Shown here piece after piece: positions 42,165 to 56,009 of a stretch of DNA of 64,000 nucleotides. The notes under the pieces are model-generated. The model was not told the DNA's origin. It saw only the letters and a program-made list of their open reading frames with translations, and did no database searches. Source of the DNA: Eledone cirrhosa (taxonomy: Eukaryota); contig OZ024762.1 of NCBI GenBank assembly GCA_964016885.1, positions 17,360,001 to 17,424,000 of the forward strand, given 5' to 3'. The position numbers were made by a program, and so were the translations under genes. The first letter of the stretch is position 1. Each line of letters opens with the position of its first letter.

Positions 42165-43050
42165 TTGAGAGTTCACAGCTTTGATATTACAGACATATGG
42201 TTAGAATGTCTCAGGAAAGAATCACTGGACAGATTTGTAGCTCAGAGATCAGAGAGTCACTCCGGGTAGAGCCGCTACTTCTCCGAATTGAGAGATCACA
42301 GCTCTGATACTACAGACATGTGGTTAGAATGTCTCAGGAAAGAATCACTGGACAGATTTGTAGCTCAGAGATCAGAGAGTCACTCCGGGTAGAGCCGCTA
42401 CTTCTCCGAATTGAGAGATCACAGCTCTGATACTATGGACATGTGGTTAGAATATCTCAGGAAGAATCGCTGGACAGATTTATAGCTCAGAGATCAGAGA
42501 GTCACTCCAGGGAGAGCCACTGCTCTGAATTGAGAGATAACAGCTCCGATACTATGGACATGTGGTTAGAATGTCTCAGGAAAGAATCACTGGACATATT
42601 TGTAGCTCGGAGATCAGAGAGTCACTCCAGGTAGAGCTGCTACTTCTCCGAATTGAGAGATCACAGCTCTGATACTATGGACATGTGGTTAGAATGTCTC
42701 AGGAAAGAATCACTGGACAGATTTGTAGCTCAGAGATCAGAGAGTCACTCCAGGTAGAGCTACTACTTCTCCGAATTGAGAGATCACAGCTCTGATACTA
42801 TGGACATGTGGTTAGAATGTCTCAGGAAAAGATCGCTGGACAGATTTTACGGGTAAAACCAACCGGTAGGAGACCCAGGGGTAGACCCACCGTGAGCAAG
42901 ATGGTTGGATAACACCCATGAGCTTGGCTGGTCTCATTTGGGGATCCAGCCGGATCAGTTGGAGACAGTTGCTTCTGACAGGACATGCTGGAAGGAGTGT
43001 TTGAGGGCTCTGCTCCTACGATCCTCTCAGAAGAAGAAGAAGAAGAAGAA
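42165..43050 (+). mobile_element. RTE family 2 3' fragment with ~123-bp tandem array, (GAA)n tail, just upstream of the NUDT17 start
   Basis: Same repeated unit as at 6.0-6.6 kb; period 123. Confidence 0.82.
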
Positions 43051-43165
43051 ATTTTGAATTCAAGGGAGGTAATTCCTTTATTGAGACCTAGTCAAGGGAA
43101 ATAACCATGTTTATTTTAATGTCGTGTTGCTGCGAGAAATGTAAGGAAGAAATTTTGACATCGTG

Positions 43166-43273
43166 ATGGCGGATTCTTCTTCCACTGAACAACAAATGAC
43201 ATATCACAGGATACATGTCTACCTCAAACATGCTAGTCGAGATGCTCGGCCAGTTTTAGCCAACTTTACACAG
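43166..43273 (+). CDS. NUDT17: NUDT17 coding exon 1 (MADSSSTEQQMTYHRIHVYLKHASRDARPVLANFTQ)
   Basis: ATG at 43166, 108 bp, donor CAG|GTACC, phase 0. Joins in frame to exon 2 and resembles the NUDT17 N-terminus. Confidence 0.75.
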
Positions 43274-43837
43274 GTACCAATCCTAAAATCTTTCTCTAAC
43301 CATTATTCTATTATAAATAACACTAGCATTCACCGCTGGACATTGTTTCTTCATAACTTTCTTAATTATTAATATTTTTAAATGAAATTTTACCGAGATA
43401 CCTTTTCCAACATGTAGATTACGATTATGTTGCTGGGATTTAATTTAAATTAGGTTTTAATTATTAAAAATGTTTTTAATATTTTCATTATTGTATATTT
43501 TCCGTTCGGTAATGTTTACATCACGGTATATTTTCAATGTGTTTGTAATAAGCTATAAATTTCATGTTTTTAATATAATATCAGTAAATATTCACAGTCT
43601 CACCTGCTTTGTGTTTCAGGTGAGATTTATATCTTATCTAATTTTAGTGTTTTCAACGAATCTCATCTTCAAAACTGTCGGAAATTATTATTATTATTAT
43701 AATTTATATTTTCATTGTTAAATTAGTTTTGCCATTGTGCACTTTTACTCGAGCTTATTGCAAACCACACACTGTCCGTGTCTTTGTATTGTCCCCTACA
43801 TGTCGGCCCTCGTTGCCAATAAATGAAATCATTATTA

Positions 43838-44416
43838 TTTTCTGAGTTCCTTACGGCGTCGATAAAATAAAGTACCAGTAATGTACTGGTTATTGCTGGC
43901 CTTGTGCCAAAAGTAGAAACAATTATTATTTTCTGAGTTCAAATCCACCGAAGTTAACTTTGCCTTTCATGCTTACGGGGTCGATAAAATAAAGTACCAG
44001 TAATGCACTGGGGTAATTGCTAGCCTTGTGCCAAAAGTAGAAACAATTATTATTATTATTAGTAGTAGTATTACGGCCTTTTACGTTCTGAGTTCACATC
44101 CTACCGAGGTTAGCTTTACCTTTCATCGTTACGGAGTCGATAAAATAAAGTACCAGTAATGCACCGGGGTTGATTTAATCGACTTTCCCCTCCTCACAAA
44201 TGTCTGGCCTTGTGCCTAAAGTAGAAACATTATTATTGTCGGACGCCATGCTTTCCAGCATAGTTACGTCCCTTTACGATCTGAGTTCAAATCCCGCCGA
44301 GGTTGACTTTGCCTTTCATCCTTACGGGGTCGATAAAATAAAGTACCAGTAATGTACTGGGTAATTTCTGGCCTTGTGCCAATAGTAGAAACAATTATTA
44401 TTATTATTATTATTAT
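43838..44416 (+). mobile_element. Head-to-tail cluster of four truncated copies of the same SINE
   Basis: Core GTCGATAAAATAAAGTACCAGT repeated at ~43858, 43980, 44136 and 44329, separated by (ATT)n tails. Confidence 0.85.
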
Positions 44417-45466
44417 TTAGTTAACTTGGGGGTTGCCTGGTGCACCCCTCACGTTTCTTGATCAATATAATCCCTGTTCATCAGCCTGTAGACCTGTTTA
44501 CAGATTCCTTCCCCTCCATCACAGCATCCTTCTCCTCATCTATGTGGTTCTCTCTCTCTCTCTCTCTTTGAGTCCCAATAACTGACAGAACTTTCGATCC
44601 AAGCTGGCTGACCTTTGCCGATAAAATTCATGTTTTCCTATAGTTTTTATTGTATTTTTAAAGTGTTTTGAACGTATATAACCGTGAGAAAATGTTTGTT
44701 TATTTGTAAACTGTTTTAAATGACATATTCACTCCCACCGACACCACCCTCTCTCTGTAAAGTTGGTACCACAACATCCAGTCCAAATAAATGAGATAAT
44801 GAGATCGAGATCGTGTAGGTGTCACGAGAAAAAACACACAGTCCTCGCTGTAATGTGGCCGCGTAGGTAGCACGGTAAAAAGTTCCCAGTTCCACACTGT
44901 AAATGTGGTTGGTGTTAGGAAGGGCATCCAGCCGTAGAAAACCTGCCAGATAGTCCTATATGAGTGAGACACGGTCACCTGACCAACCTTGCCTCAAGTG
45001 GGACAACTCCCGGCTAACTCATGCTAGCGTGGAAAATGGACGTTAAACGAAGATGATGATGATGATTCGTTGACAACACATCGAAAACAACAGGGGATGA
45101 TGATGATGATTCGTTGACAACACATCGAAAACAACAGGGGATCATGATGATGATTCGTTGACAACACATCGAAAACAACAGGGGATGATGATGATGATTC
45201 GTTGACAACACATCGAAAACAACATGGGAAACATAATATTCACATACAGCTCCACATTTCCATTATATTCAGAGTTGGAGGCGATGTCTGTGATTGAAAT
45301 GTTGCAGCAGGAGGTCCCTTAATTCCACAGGGCTTCGTTTTTTTGTCTTGGTCTAGTGGTAAGGATGTTGGACTTACGATCAAAATGTTGTGGCTTTGAT
45401 ATCAGGGCTAGGTTGTGTGTTGTGTTCTTGAGCAAAACACTTCACCGGCCTAATGAGCTTCCTGGC

Positions 45467-45693
45467 TTAAGCCTTTCGCATTTACATTACTCTATATATA
45501 TACTATAGTATTTTTGTGGTAAAGGCTTTATCTTACATAATTATCTCACATAATATTGAACCTATGAGATTTTCGTATTAACTTTGAGAACAATACCTTA
45601 ACATCAGTATGAGCAGCCAGTTACAGCTGGTTTCAGCAGAAAGAGGTGAGAGAATTCTGGCCGGATACAGCGGTTTAAATGTTAAAGGGTTAA
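45467..45693. mobile_element. piggyBac-like MITE
   Basis: TTAA-GCCTTTCGCATTTA ... TAAATGTTAAAGGG-TTAA. Confidence 0.75.
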
Positions 45694-46369
45694 GACAGAC
45701 TTTAGACTTAGACATCTGAATGCTGGTCATTTCGTTAACCATACCAAGCTGTACTTGATTATCAAACTGACACTAGCTCCAGTCAATATCCCTCTAGTTA
45801 TGGAGTCAGCTGCATTGTCCAGTGCTCATGGGAAGAAGCCAGATGGCCTTACAGGGAGTGGACTTTTCACCTACTGAGGACCTTCACTAAAAAATTTGGG
45901 TAAATTAAAAAAAATAATTCATTATCATCATCATCACCGTTTAGCGTCAATTTTTCCTCGCTTGCATGGGTTAGACTGGTCGTCTACACCAGGAGGCAAG
46001 TCTGGCCAGGATTGGCCATGTGTCGCACCTTGCTGAGACAAGGACTGTAAATCTGACTGGGTATTTTACAGCTGCATGTCCGTCCTAACACCAACCACAT
46101 TTACAGTGGAGGGACAGGCCAGTTGGCTGCACCGAACCAGTCTGACAATGGAATTATGTTTTCGGAACCTGACCCATCGCACAGTGGGAACCATAGTTTT
46201 GGAGCCCAGTAGTGGATTGCACTGATACGAGGAACCTAACCCATCTCACAGCGTAGCCATAGTTTTGGGCCCCATACTGAGTGGCACCACTATGAGGGTG
46301 GGCGGCCAGTCAGCCATGTGAAACCCATATATATAATTATTATTATTTTTTTTATATCAATGCAGGTGG

Positions 46370-46976
46370 GTTCTATAGAAGTGGTTGATAGCTTCCGGTA
46401 CCTAGGTGATCAGATTAGCATTGGAGAAGGGGGGGTTCCGAGGCCATAGTTATAGTATAAGGATGGGCTGGAAGAAGTTTAGGGAGCTGCTTCTTCTGTT
46501 GACAAAGAAGGGTTTCTCCCTGCGTACGAAAGGCCGGTTATATGATGCCTGTGTGAGATGCGCGATGCTGCATGGTAGTGAGACATGGGCAGCAACTACA
46601 GAGGATATTCAACGGCTGGAAAGAAATGAAGCAAGCATGCTCCATTGGATGAGCAATGTCAATGTGCGTGAACGACCAAGCATAGATCAGTTGAGAAAGA
46701 AACTGGGTACAAGAGGGATAAGTTGTGGTGTCAGGAGAGAAGACTGAGATGGTATGGACATGTAATGCGCATGGAGGATAACCACTGGGTGAAGAAGTGC
46801 TAAGAAATCCCAGTAAAACATGGGTGGAGGTGGTGAGAGTGGACCTCAGATCGCTGAAGCTCACAGAGGAGATGACGAAGGACCGTGACAAATGGAGAGA
46901 TGATGTGCTGAATATAGGACCCATCCTACCCTTGCAAGCAGGGAAAAGCAGACGTAAAATGATGATGATGATGATA
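46370..46976 (+). mobile_element. Degenerate RTE-like LINE (family 3) 3' fragment
   Basis: GWKKFRELL...LYDACVRCAMLHGSETW...LRWYGHVMRM; (TGA)n tail. Confidence 0.85.
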
Positions 46977-47250
46977 AAGAATAAATAAACATCATCACCT
47001 TTTAATGTCCATTTTTTGCATGCTTCAATCTATATATGATGTGAGGTTAGTGGTTGTTGTTGAAGAAAGATGATAAACATGACAAATACAATAATTTTAC
47101 TTCACTTCAACAAAAAGGAAAAAGAATATGATTACTTTGAATCATAAAAATATAAAGTTTGATGGTAGCACTTCACAAATGAATACAGTGTTCAAAAAGT
47201 TTTAAAATGATGTTAATGAGAACAAACTTCAGGTTTTACTTTATTACTTT

Positions 47251-49450
47251 TACACCAATGTAACTATGGTAGACATTACTGTCAGAAACTCCTGTCTCAC
47301 CTCCTCCACACATGTTATTGTACATCTGGCACCACCTACACCAATGTAACTATGGTAGACATTACTGTCAGAAACTCCTGTCTCACCTCCTCCACGTGTT
47401 ATTGTACATCTGGCACCACCTACACCAATGTAACTTTGGTAGACATTACTGTCAGAAACTCCTGTCTCACCTCCTCTACACATGTTATTGTACATCTGGC
47501 ACCACCTACACCAAGGTAACTTTGGTAGACATTACAGTCAGAAACTCCTGTCTCACCTCCACCACATGTTATTGTACATCTGGCACCACCTACACCAATG
47601 TAACCTTGGTAGACATTACTGTCAGAAACTCCTGTCTCACCTCCTCCACATGTTATTGTACCTCTGGCACCACCTACACCAATGTAACTTTGGTAGACAT
47701 TACTGTCAGAAACTCCTGTCTCACCTCCTCCACATGTTATTGTACATCTGGCACCACCTACACCAAGGTAACTTTGGTAGACAATACTGTCAGAAAACCC
47801 CGTCTCACCTCCACCACATGTTATTGTACATCTGGCACCACCTACACCAAGGTAACTTTGGTAGACATTACTGTCAGAAACTCCTGTCTCACCTCCTCCA
47901 CATGTTATTGTACCTCTGGCACCACCTACACCAATGTAACTTTGGTAGACATTACTGTCAGAAACTCCTGTCTCACCTCCTCCACATGTTATTGTACATC
48001 TGGCACCACCTACACCAAGGTAACTTTGGTACACATTACTGTCAGAAACTCCTGTCTCACCTCCTCCACCACATGTTATTGTACATCTGGCACCACCTAC
48101 ACCAAGGTAACTTTGGTAGACATTTCTGTCAGAAACTCCTGTCTCACCTCCTCCACATGTTATTGTACATCTGGCACCACCTACACCAAGGTAACTTTGG
48201 TACACATTACTGTCAGAAACTCCTGTCTCACCTCCTCCACATGTTATTGTACATCTGGCACCACCTACACCAATGTAACTTTGGTAGACATTACTGTCAG
48301 AAACTCCTGTCTCACCTCCACCACATATTATTGTACATCTGGCACCACCTACACCAATGTAACTTTGGTAGACATTACTGTCAGAAACTCCTGTCTCACC
48401 TCCACCACATGTTATTGTACATCTGGTACCACCTACACCAATGTAACTTTGGTAGACATTACTGTCAGAAACTCCTGTCTCACCACCTCCACCACATGTT
48501 ATTGTACATCTGGTACCACCTACACCAATCTAACTTTGGTAGACATTACTGTCAGAAACTCCTGTCTCACCACCTCCACCACATGTTATTGTACATCTGG
48601 TACCACCTACACCAATGTAACTTTGGTACACATTACAGTCAGAAACTCCTGTCTTACCTCCTCCACATGTTATTGTACATCTGGCACCACTATACCAAGG
48701 TAACTTTAGTACACATTACTGTCAGAAACCCCTGTCTCACCTCCTCCACATATTGTACATCTGGCACCACCTACACCAATGTAACTATGGTAGACATTAC
48801 TGTCAGAAACTCCTGTCTCATCTCCTCCACATGTTATTGTACATCTGGCACCACCTACACCAAGGTAACTTTGGTACACATTACAGTCAGTAACTCCTGT
48901 ATCACCTCCTCCACATGTTATTGTACATCTGGCACCACCTACACCAAGGTAACTTTGGTAGACATTACTGTCAGAAACTCCTGTCTCATCTCCTCCACAT
49001 GTTATTGTACATCTGGCACCACCTACACCAAGGTAACTTTGGTACACATTACAGTCAGAAACTCCTGTCTCACCTCCACCACATGTTATTGTACATCTGG
49101 CACCACCTACACCAATGTAACTTTGGTAGACATTACTGTCAGAAACTCCTGTCTCACCTCCTCCACATGTTATTGTACATCTGGCACCACCTACACCAAG
49201 GTAACTTTGGTAGACATTACAGTCAGAAACTCCTGTCTCACCACCTCCTCCACATGTTATTGTACATCTGGCACCACCTACACCAAGGTAACTTTGGTAG
49301 ACATTACTGTCAGAAACTCCTGTCTCACCTCCTCCACATGTTATTGTACATCTGGCACCACTATACCAAGGTAACTTTAGTACACATTACTGTCAGAAAC
49401 TCCTGTCTCACCTCCTCCTCAACACATGTTATTGTACATCTGGCACCATC
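47251..49450. repeat. 84-bp minisatellite, ~26 copies, in NUDT17 intron 1
   Basis: Unit TTGTACATCTGGCACCACCTACACCAA...CACATGTTA. It explains the long 28-aa-repeat ORFs. Confidence 0.96.
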
Positions 49451-49823
49451 TATATGTCAATTTGTTTAGATTTTACAGTTGATTTCACTATACATATCTG
49501 TCTAAAAAGCTACATGTGTAGGGTGTCCCTCATGTCTGAACATAGGCAAAATTCATAATTTCAACAAAAAAATTTCAACCAGTTTCATTTGGTTGTCCAG
49601 AACAGGGTTTGTACATGACATTGCCTGTTTCTTTAAACTTTCTAACCACCTTCCCCACTATGGAAAGACCAATTGGTGTGACATGCATTAAAAACATCTG
49701 CTATCTTTCAATATGACCATCCTTCATGTCCATTGAGTAATACCAGTTCAATCCTTTCTTCTTTCGACAAACTCCTATTTAATCTGTGGAACCAAAAATA
49801 TTATAGCTATAAATACTGATATT

Positions 49824-51082
49824 CTCAAGCTCTGGTATGCTGCCCAGGCCTTCCTCTTCCTCTCAACCACATTATCTTCCGTATTCCCAATCTTTGCTCC
49901 CAAATACAGGAAGTCCTCAACCAACTCCAGCAACTTCCTGCCTACATTAGTAATCCCCTCTGGCTTCTCAACATTCTCTACCAGATATTTTGTCTTAATC
50001 TCATTCATTCTCAGCCCCACACTCATCGACACAGTCTCCACCTCCTGCATCAAATCCCCTGCCTCCTTCACTGTGTTTGTCACCAAAACTATGTCGTCGG
50101 CAAATTCAGCATCCAATATCTTTTTTGCCTTAACTCTCCTGCTCTGAGCCGGTGTTACAGTAAAGCCAGAGTCCTGGTGTTTCTCCAGTGCAAGGTGCAT
50201 ACAATAGTCCACTACGATGATAAAAAGGTAGGGAGCAAATGTATCTCCCTAGAGCACTCCAGCCAGTATCTCAAAGAACTCCGTCATCCCATCAGGTGTA
50301 ATGACTTGGGCTTTGGTGTTGGTGTAGAGCAGTGATATCAGGTCCACTATCTTCTTGGGGATTCCATAAGCCTGTAAGATCTTCATCAGGCAGTGACGGT
50401 CCACAGAATCAAAGGCCTTCCTAAAGTCAACGAAAACCATGACTGCAGGAAGGCACTTTGCTCTAGCTCCCTCTAATATCCTCCTCAGCATCAGGATGTG
50501 ACCACTGGTTGATCTTTCCTCTCTGAAGCCGTTCTGGTTGTCCCTGAGCTTCTTCTCCATCTCGGGCTGGATCGTGTTAAGAATCATCTTGTTGATCGGT
50601 GTGGAAGTCGGACCTTCGTAAAGACCTGAAGATCCACCTCTTCATTGCTGTAGTGGAGTCTGTGCTGCTGTACGGGTCTGAGACTTGGAGACTGACCATG
50701 AAACTCACTCAGATAGTGGATGGGTGCTACACGAGAATGCTGAGGATGGCTCTGAACATTAATCAGTATACACTGAGGATGAATAACTCAGAGCTGTATG
50801 GGAGCCTCCCAAAAGTCAGCTCAAAAGTGACACAGAGAAGACATAGGTTAGCTGGACATGCTCACCAACATCCAGAGTTGACACTACACTCAGTGGTCCT
50901 GTGGGAGCCCCTGCATGGACACACTGGAAGAGGAAAACCGAGGTTAACATATGTTGATGTCCTAAGGACATACACTGGTCTGTTGAAGACGCAGGACATG
51001 GCAGCGATAATGAGGGATAGAGACCGCTGGAGAGAACTCGTCCATGGATCTCGGGAATTTTACCCGCCCTAGAGAGAGAGAG
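49824..51082. mobile_element. RTE family 1 copy with 5' inversion (twin-priming structure) in NUDT17 intron 1
   Basis: 49824-50593 is minus-strand RT, 50594-51082 is the plus-strand 3' end. The parts are contiguous in the 1124 copy. 11-bp TSD ATACTGATATT at 49813 and 51083. Confidence 0.92.
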
Positions 51083-51707
51083 ATACTGATATTTCCTGTA
51101 TGCCCTAACTTTAGGGATGACCTGTATAATTGAACCCAGAGATAATTTTGACACTCAGTCCATTCTGTGAGGTGGTCATGATGGCAACATGACAAAAAGC
51201 ACCCAGTCCACCCTGTAATGGGGTTCTGCTGGTGACTCAACAAAAAAACACCCACTATACATATCGGTATACATAGCTACATGTTATTAAACCCAGGGAT
51301 TATTTCACTATACGTATCTGTTCAGACTTTCTACTAGGGACCAGCTGGTCACTGGTCCCAATCTTTAATGAAGTCAGTTAATGTTTTAGGGATCAGTTTG
51401 CTCCTACACTTTCTTTTTTCCATACACTGTTCACTTTGCTGACATTTGTACATTATTCTACGTCCCTTTACGATCTGAATTCAAATCCCGCCGAGGTTGA
51501 CTTTGCCTTTCACCCTTACGGGGTTAATAAAATAAAGTACCAGTAATACACTGGGTAATTGCTGGCCTTGTGCCTAAAGTAGAAACAATTATTCTATGTA
51601 CTATACAAGCACCTTTGATGAGTGGTAGTGCACCTGATCACTGTACACAATAATTTCATTATTATTATTATAAACACATACATGTTAATAAATTCTATAT
51701 GTTTTAG

Positions 51708-51830
51708 TGCATCGTGGATTATTTCAGCAAAGGCCAACTCCAAACAGACGTTTATGCTAAACTGAAGAACAATTCTTTCATTGTTAGTAATGAAGCCTTA
51801 GATGATAACAGCCAACCTGTACTCATTAAA
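51708..51830 (+). CDS. NUDT17: NUDT17 coding exon 2 (CIVDYFSKGQLQTDVYAKLKNNSFIVSNEALDDNSQPVLIK)
   Basis: Acceptor GTTTTAG|, donor AAA|GTAAGA, 123 bp, phase 0/0, in frame with exons 1 and 3. Confidence 0.8.
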
Positions 51831-51867
51831 GTAAGATCTTCATACATTTCTGTTATTCTTTTACTGG

Positions 51868-53250
51868 TTAAGCCTTTAGCATTTACATTACTCTATATAT
51901 ACTATTGTATTTTCACATAATATCTCACATAACATTTACATTACTCTATATATACTATTGTATTTTCATAGTAAAGGCTTTACCTCACATAATATCTCAT
52001 AACATTTACATTACTCTATATATACTATTGTATTTTCATAGTAAAGGCTTTACCTCACATAATATCTCATAACATTTACATTACTCTATATATACTATTG
52101 TATTTTCATAGTAAAGGCTTTACCTCACATAATATCTCACATAACATTTACATTACTCTATATATACTATTGTATTTTCATAGTAAAGGCTTTACCTCAC
52201 ATAATACCTCACATAACATTTACATTACTCTATATATACTATTGTATTTTCATAGTAAAGGCTTTACCTCACATAATATCTTGTAGTGACCTACATTCCG
52301 CGGGCTCACATACATTCTCTGTGCGTGATTTGGCTCAGTTCAGCCAATCAGCGCCAGTAGAAGAGGATGTATCCCTACGCGCCCTGAGGAAGAAATTCCC
52401 CGCAAAGATTTGAAGAATCTCTAGCTTGTACCGGAAACTTCAAGCCAGCAACACGCATAATGTAGCAGTGAGATATTGCACCCCTAGCCTCGCCGGCTTA
52501 ACTGCGCAATGGCACATTCGCTTTTGTAACCTCTTTTTATCTGTAACTTCAACCATATAAATAAACAAACATTTCATCTCTAATTACTGCGGTTGAAGTC
52601 GTTATTATGTTACTCGTGTCTCAATGACAACTTTAATCCATGCTGCTGGAATTGGCGACCTGACGAAAGGAATATTGTAAATAGATGGTTAATAGATCGA
52701 GGGACCTTCCCTCACGTCTATGTCAACAAGATAATCCAACGAGGATACTATCACTTACCACACTGGCAACTAACGACCTTCAATCATCTACCCTGTTAAA
52801 GTGGCGATAACATCTATAACTAATACTGCTAAAATCTCACATAACATTTACATTACTCTATATATACTATTGTATTTTCATAGTAAAGGCTTTACCTCAC
52901 ATAATATCTCACATAACATTTACATTACTCTATATATACTATTGTATTTTCACAGTAAAGGCTTTACCTCACAAAATATCTCACATAACATTTACATTAC
53001 TCTATATATACTATTGTATTTTCATGGTAAAGGCTTTACCTCACATAATATCTCACATAACATTTACATTACACTATATATACTATTGTATTTTTGTGGT
53101 AAAGGCTTTACCTCACATAATATTGAATCTATGAAATTTAGATATTATATATTTTGAGAACAATACCTTAACATCAGTATGAGCAACCAGTTATAGCCAG
53201 TTTGGACAGAAAGAGGTGAGAGAATTCTGGACAGATATAGCCAGTTTAAA
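51868..53250 (+). mobile_element. Same piggyBac-like MITE with internally amplified ~70-75-bp array and a nested insertion
   Basis: Starts TTAAGCCTTTAGCATTTA; repeated ACATTTACATTACTCTATATATACTATTGTATTTT...; right end truncated by a SINE. Confidence 0.75.
52282..52830 (+). mobile_element. Probable LTR remnant inserted in the MITE array
   Basis: Begins TGTAGTGA; imperfect inverted end TTACCACA at 52762 followed by PBS-like CTGGCAAC; internal CCAAT and AATAAA. Confidence 0.45.
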
Positions 53251-53611
53251 GGTGGTGGATTTGGCACAATCAGAAGAGCATCAGACAAAATGCTTTGCAG
53301 TATTTAGTTACAACTTCATACAGTCTGAATTCAAACCCTGCCAAGGTCAATTTGCCTTTCATCCATTTCAACGTTGATAAAACAAAGTACCATTCAAGTA
53401 CTGGAGTTGATTCTTTCTCTCTGTCTCTTTCTCACTTCCATTTTTTCTCACTCTCTCTATCCTTCTCTGGAAGAAATCTACTATATTCAGACCTGGAGAG
53501 GAGATGGGCTCCACCATGTTTTAAAATACTCTAAGAAACGCCATATATTTTGTCCAAGCAGGTTTTGGTTTGGTATCAAAAAGGTTAAAATAACTTCCCA
53601 GATTTTTTTTT

Positions 53612-54287
53612 TTTTAAAGATTTAATCACTGGCTTCTATTTTAAAGATTTGATCACTGGCTTCTATTTTAAAGATTTAATCACTGGCTGCTATTTTAAAG
53701 ATTTGATCACTGGCTTCTATTTTAAAGATTTGATCACTGGCTTCTATTTTAAAGATTTGATCACTGGCTTCTATTTTAAAGATTTGATCACTGGCTTCTA
53801 TTTTAAAGATTTGATCACTGGCTTCTGTTTTAAAGATTTGATCACTGGCTTCTATTTTAAAGATTTGATCACTGGCTTCTATTTTAAAGATTTAATCACT
53901 GGCTTCTATTTTAAAGATTTAATCACTGGCTTCTATTTTAAAGATTTGATCACTGGCTTCTATTTTAAAGATTTGATCACTGGCTTCTATTTTAAAGATT
54001 TGATCACTGGCTTCTATTTTAAAGATTTGATCACTGGCTTCTATTTTAAAGATTTAATCACTGGCTTCTATTTTAAAGATTTGATCACTGGCTTCTATTT
54101 TAAAGATTTGATCACTGGCTTCTATTTTAAAGATTTAATCACTGGCTGCTATTTTAAAGATTTGATCACTAGCTGCTATTTTAAAGATTTGATCACTAGC
54201 TGCTATTTTAAAGATTTGATCACTAGCTGCTATTTTAAAGATTTGATCACTGGCTTCTATTTTAAAGATTTGATCACTGACTATTTT
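53612..54287. repeat. 27-bp minisatellite, ~25 copies, abutting the exon-3 acceptor
   Basis: Unit TTTTAAAGATTTGATCACTGGCTTCTA. Confidence 0.96.
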
Positions 54288-54300
54288 TCAATATTTCCAG

Positions 54301-54481
54301 CATCCCTCCTTTTGTCCAATATTGAACCTTGATACAACAGAACCAGATCTTGATGATGCAACCCAAAATAGAGGAGTTGATGTCGGAGTGGCTGTTCTTC
54401 TAGAGAGTTCCGACCAGAAACTGTTGTTATCCAGAAGAGCAAATCACCTGCGTATATTCCCAGGAATCTGGGTACCACCAG
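54301..54481 (+). CDS. NUDT17: NUDT17 coding exon 3 (HPSFCPILNL...NRGVDVGVAVLLESSDQKLLLSRRANHLRIFPGIWVPPG)
   Basis: Acceptor TTTCCAG|, donor G|GTAAGT, 181 bp. Matches the NUDT17 motifs PPFCP, RGVDLGVAVILQSSD and WVPPGGH. Confidence 0.95.
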
Positions 54482-54627
54482 GTAAGTTCACCATCATTAT
54501 CATCACCATCACTGTTTAACATCCATTTTTTCATGCTAGCATGGGTTAGGTGATCATGTCTTGCTCATACAGAACTGATTGTGGTTTGGTTTCTATGGCT
54601 GGATGCCCTTCCTAATGCCAACTACAT

Positions 54628-55075
54628 TTACAGTGTGGACTGTGTGCTTTTGTTGTGACACCTACATGACCACTTTACAGTGAGTACTGGGTGCTTTTTG
54701 TTGTGACACCTACATGACCATTTTACAGTGTGGACTGGGTGCTTTTTGTCTTGACACCTACACGACCACTTACAGTGTGGACTGGGTCCTTTTTGTCGTG
54801 ACACCTACATGACCACTTTACAGTGTGGACTGGGTACTTTTTGTCGTGACACCTACATGACCACTTTACAGTATGGACTGGGTACTTTTTGTCGTGACAC
54901 CTACATGACCACTCTACAGTATGGACTGGGTACTTTTTGTCGTGACACCTACATGACCACTTTACAGTATGGACTGGGTACTTTTTGTCGTGACACCTAC
55001 ATGACCACTTTACAGTGTGGACTGGGTCCTTTTTGTCGTGACACCTACATGACCACTTTACAGTGTGGACTGGGG
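54628..55075. repeat. ~48-bp tandem array within a SINE-like element
   Basis: Unit GTGACACCTACATGACCACTTTACAGTGTGGACTGGGTACTTTTTGTC. Confidence 0.9.
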
Positions 55076-55239
55076 GCTTGGGTGGGGAGGTACATTGGGA
55101 TTGGTACCTATACCAATCTCTTTAACAACACAGCCATACTACCACCTTAACTGCACAGCCATACCTGCACCAATATCTAAAGAATTTTTTAAAAAAAGAT
55201 TAAATTCTATTTTATATTTGCATATTTCTATTCCTACAG

Positions 55240-55265
55240 GTGGCCATGTTGAAGAAAATGAAACG
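55240..55265 (+). CDS. NUDT17: NUDT17 26-bp micro-exon 4 ((G)GHVEENET), first half of Nudix box
   Basis: Acceptor TTCCTACAG|, donor ACG|GTAAGT. Phase 1/0 completes the split Gly codon from exon 3. Confidence 0.92.
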
Positions 55266-56009
55266 GTAAGTCAGCCTGAAAGAAATGGTAACCTTCTTTC
55301 TTTTTTACCACTTAGTCAGGAAGGGGAAAAGGGCCACATCCATGAACCTTTATTTTTTACAAGGCCCCAGCCATAGAAAATCTGCTAAACAACGAGTCAG
55401 GAGGATCCTTCAGTTGAGTCAAAGACATGACAACCTCCCTAGTATTGGTGACTTACGTGATAAATACCCAGTACACTCTGTAAAGTGGTAGTGTTGGTGT
55501 GATGATAAAATACACCCAGTACACTCTGTAAAGTGGTAGTGCTGGTGCCATGATAAAATACACCCAGTACACTTTGTAAAGTGGTAGTGTTGGTGTCATG
55601 GGGGGGGGGGGGGGGGGGCAATTAAATCGATCTCAGTACATTACTGGTACTTTATTTTATCGACCCTGTAAGGATGAAAAGCAAAGCTAACCTCAGCAGG
55701 ATTCAAACTCAGACCGTAAATGGCCATAACTCTATGCCACTAAGCATGGTGTCTGACGCTCTACTGATTCTGCCAATCCACCGACCTGTATAATGACAAT
55801 GATAATAAACAGAAACAGAAGAAGAGATCATCATCATTGACGAGTTGTAATGCACCTGAGCACTTTACACAATAATTTCATTATATTTATTCATCATCAT
55901 CATCAAATCATTATTTTGCCTTTCATCCTTACGGGGTCAATAAAATAAAGTACCAGTAATGTACTGGGTAATTGCTGGCCTTATGTCAAAAGTAGAAACA
56001 ATTATTATT

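Noticed and set aside
44452-44487. Minus-strand CTGATGA...GAAAC
   Set aside because: No stem II or stem I support.
47312-49469. Cys/Thr-rich 28-aa repeat ORFs resembling antifreeze or solenoid proteins
   Set aside because: An intronic 84-bp satellite, open in multiple frames and on both strands, with frameshifting units.
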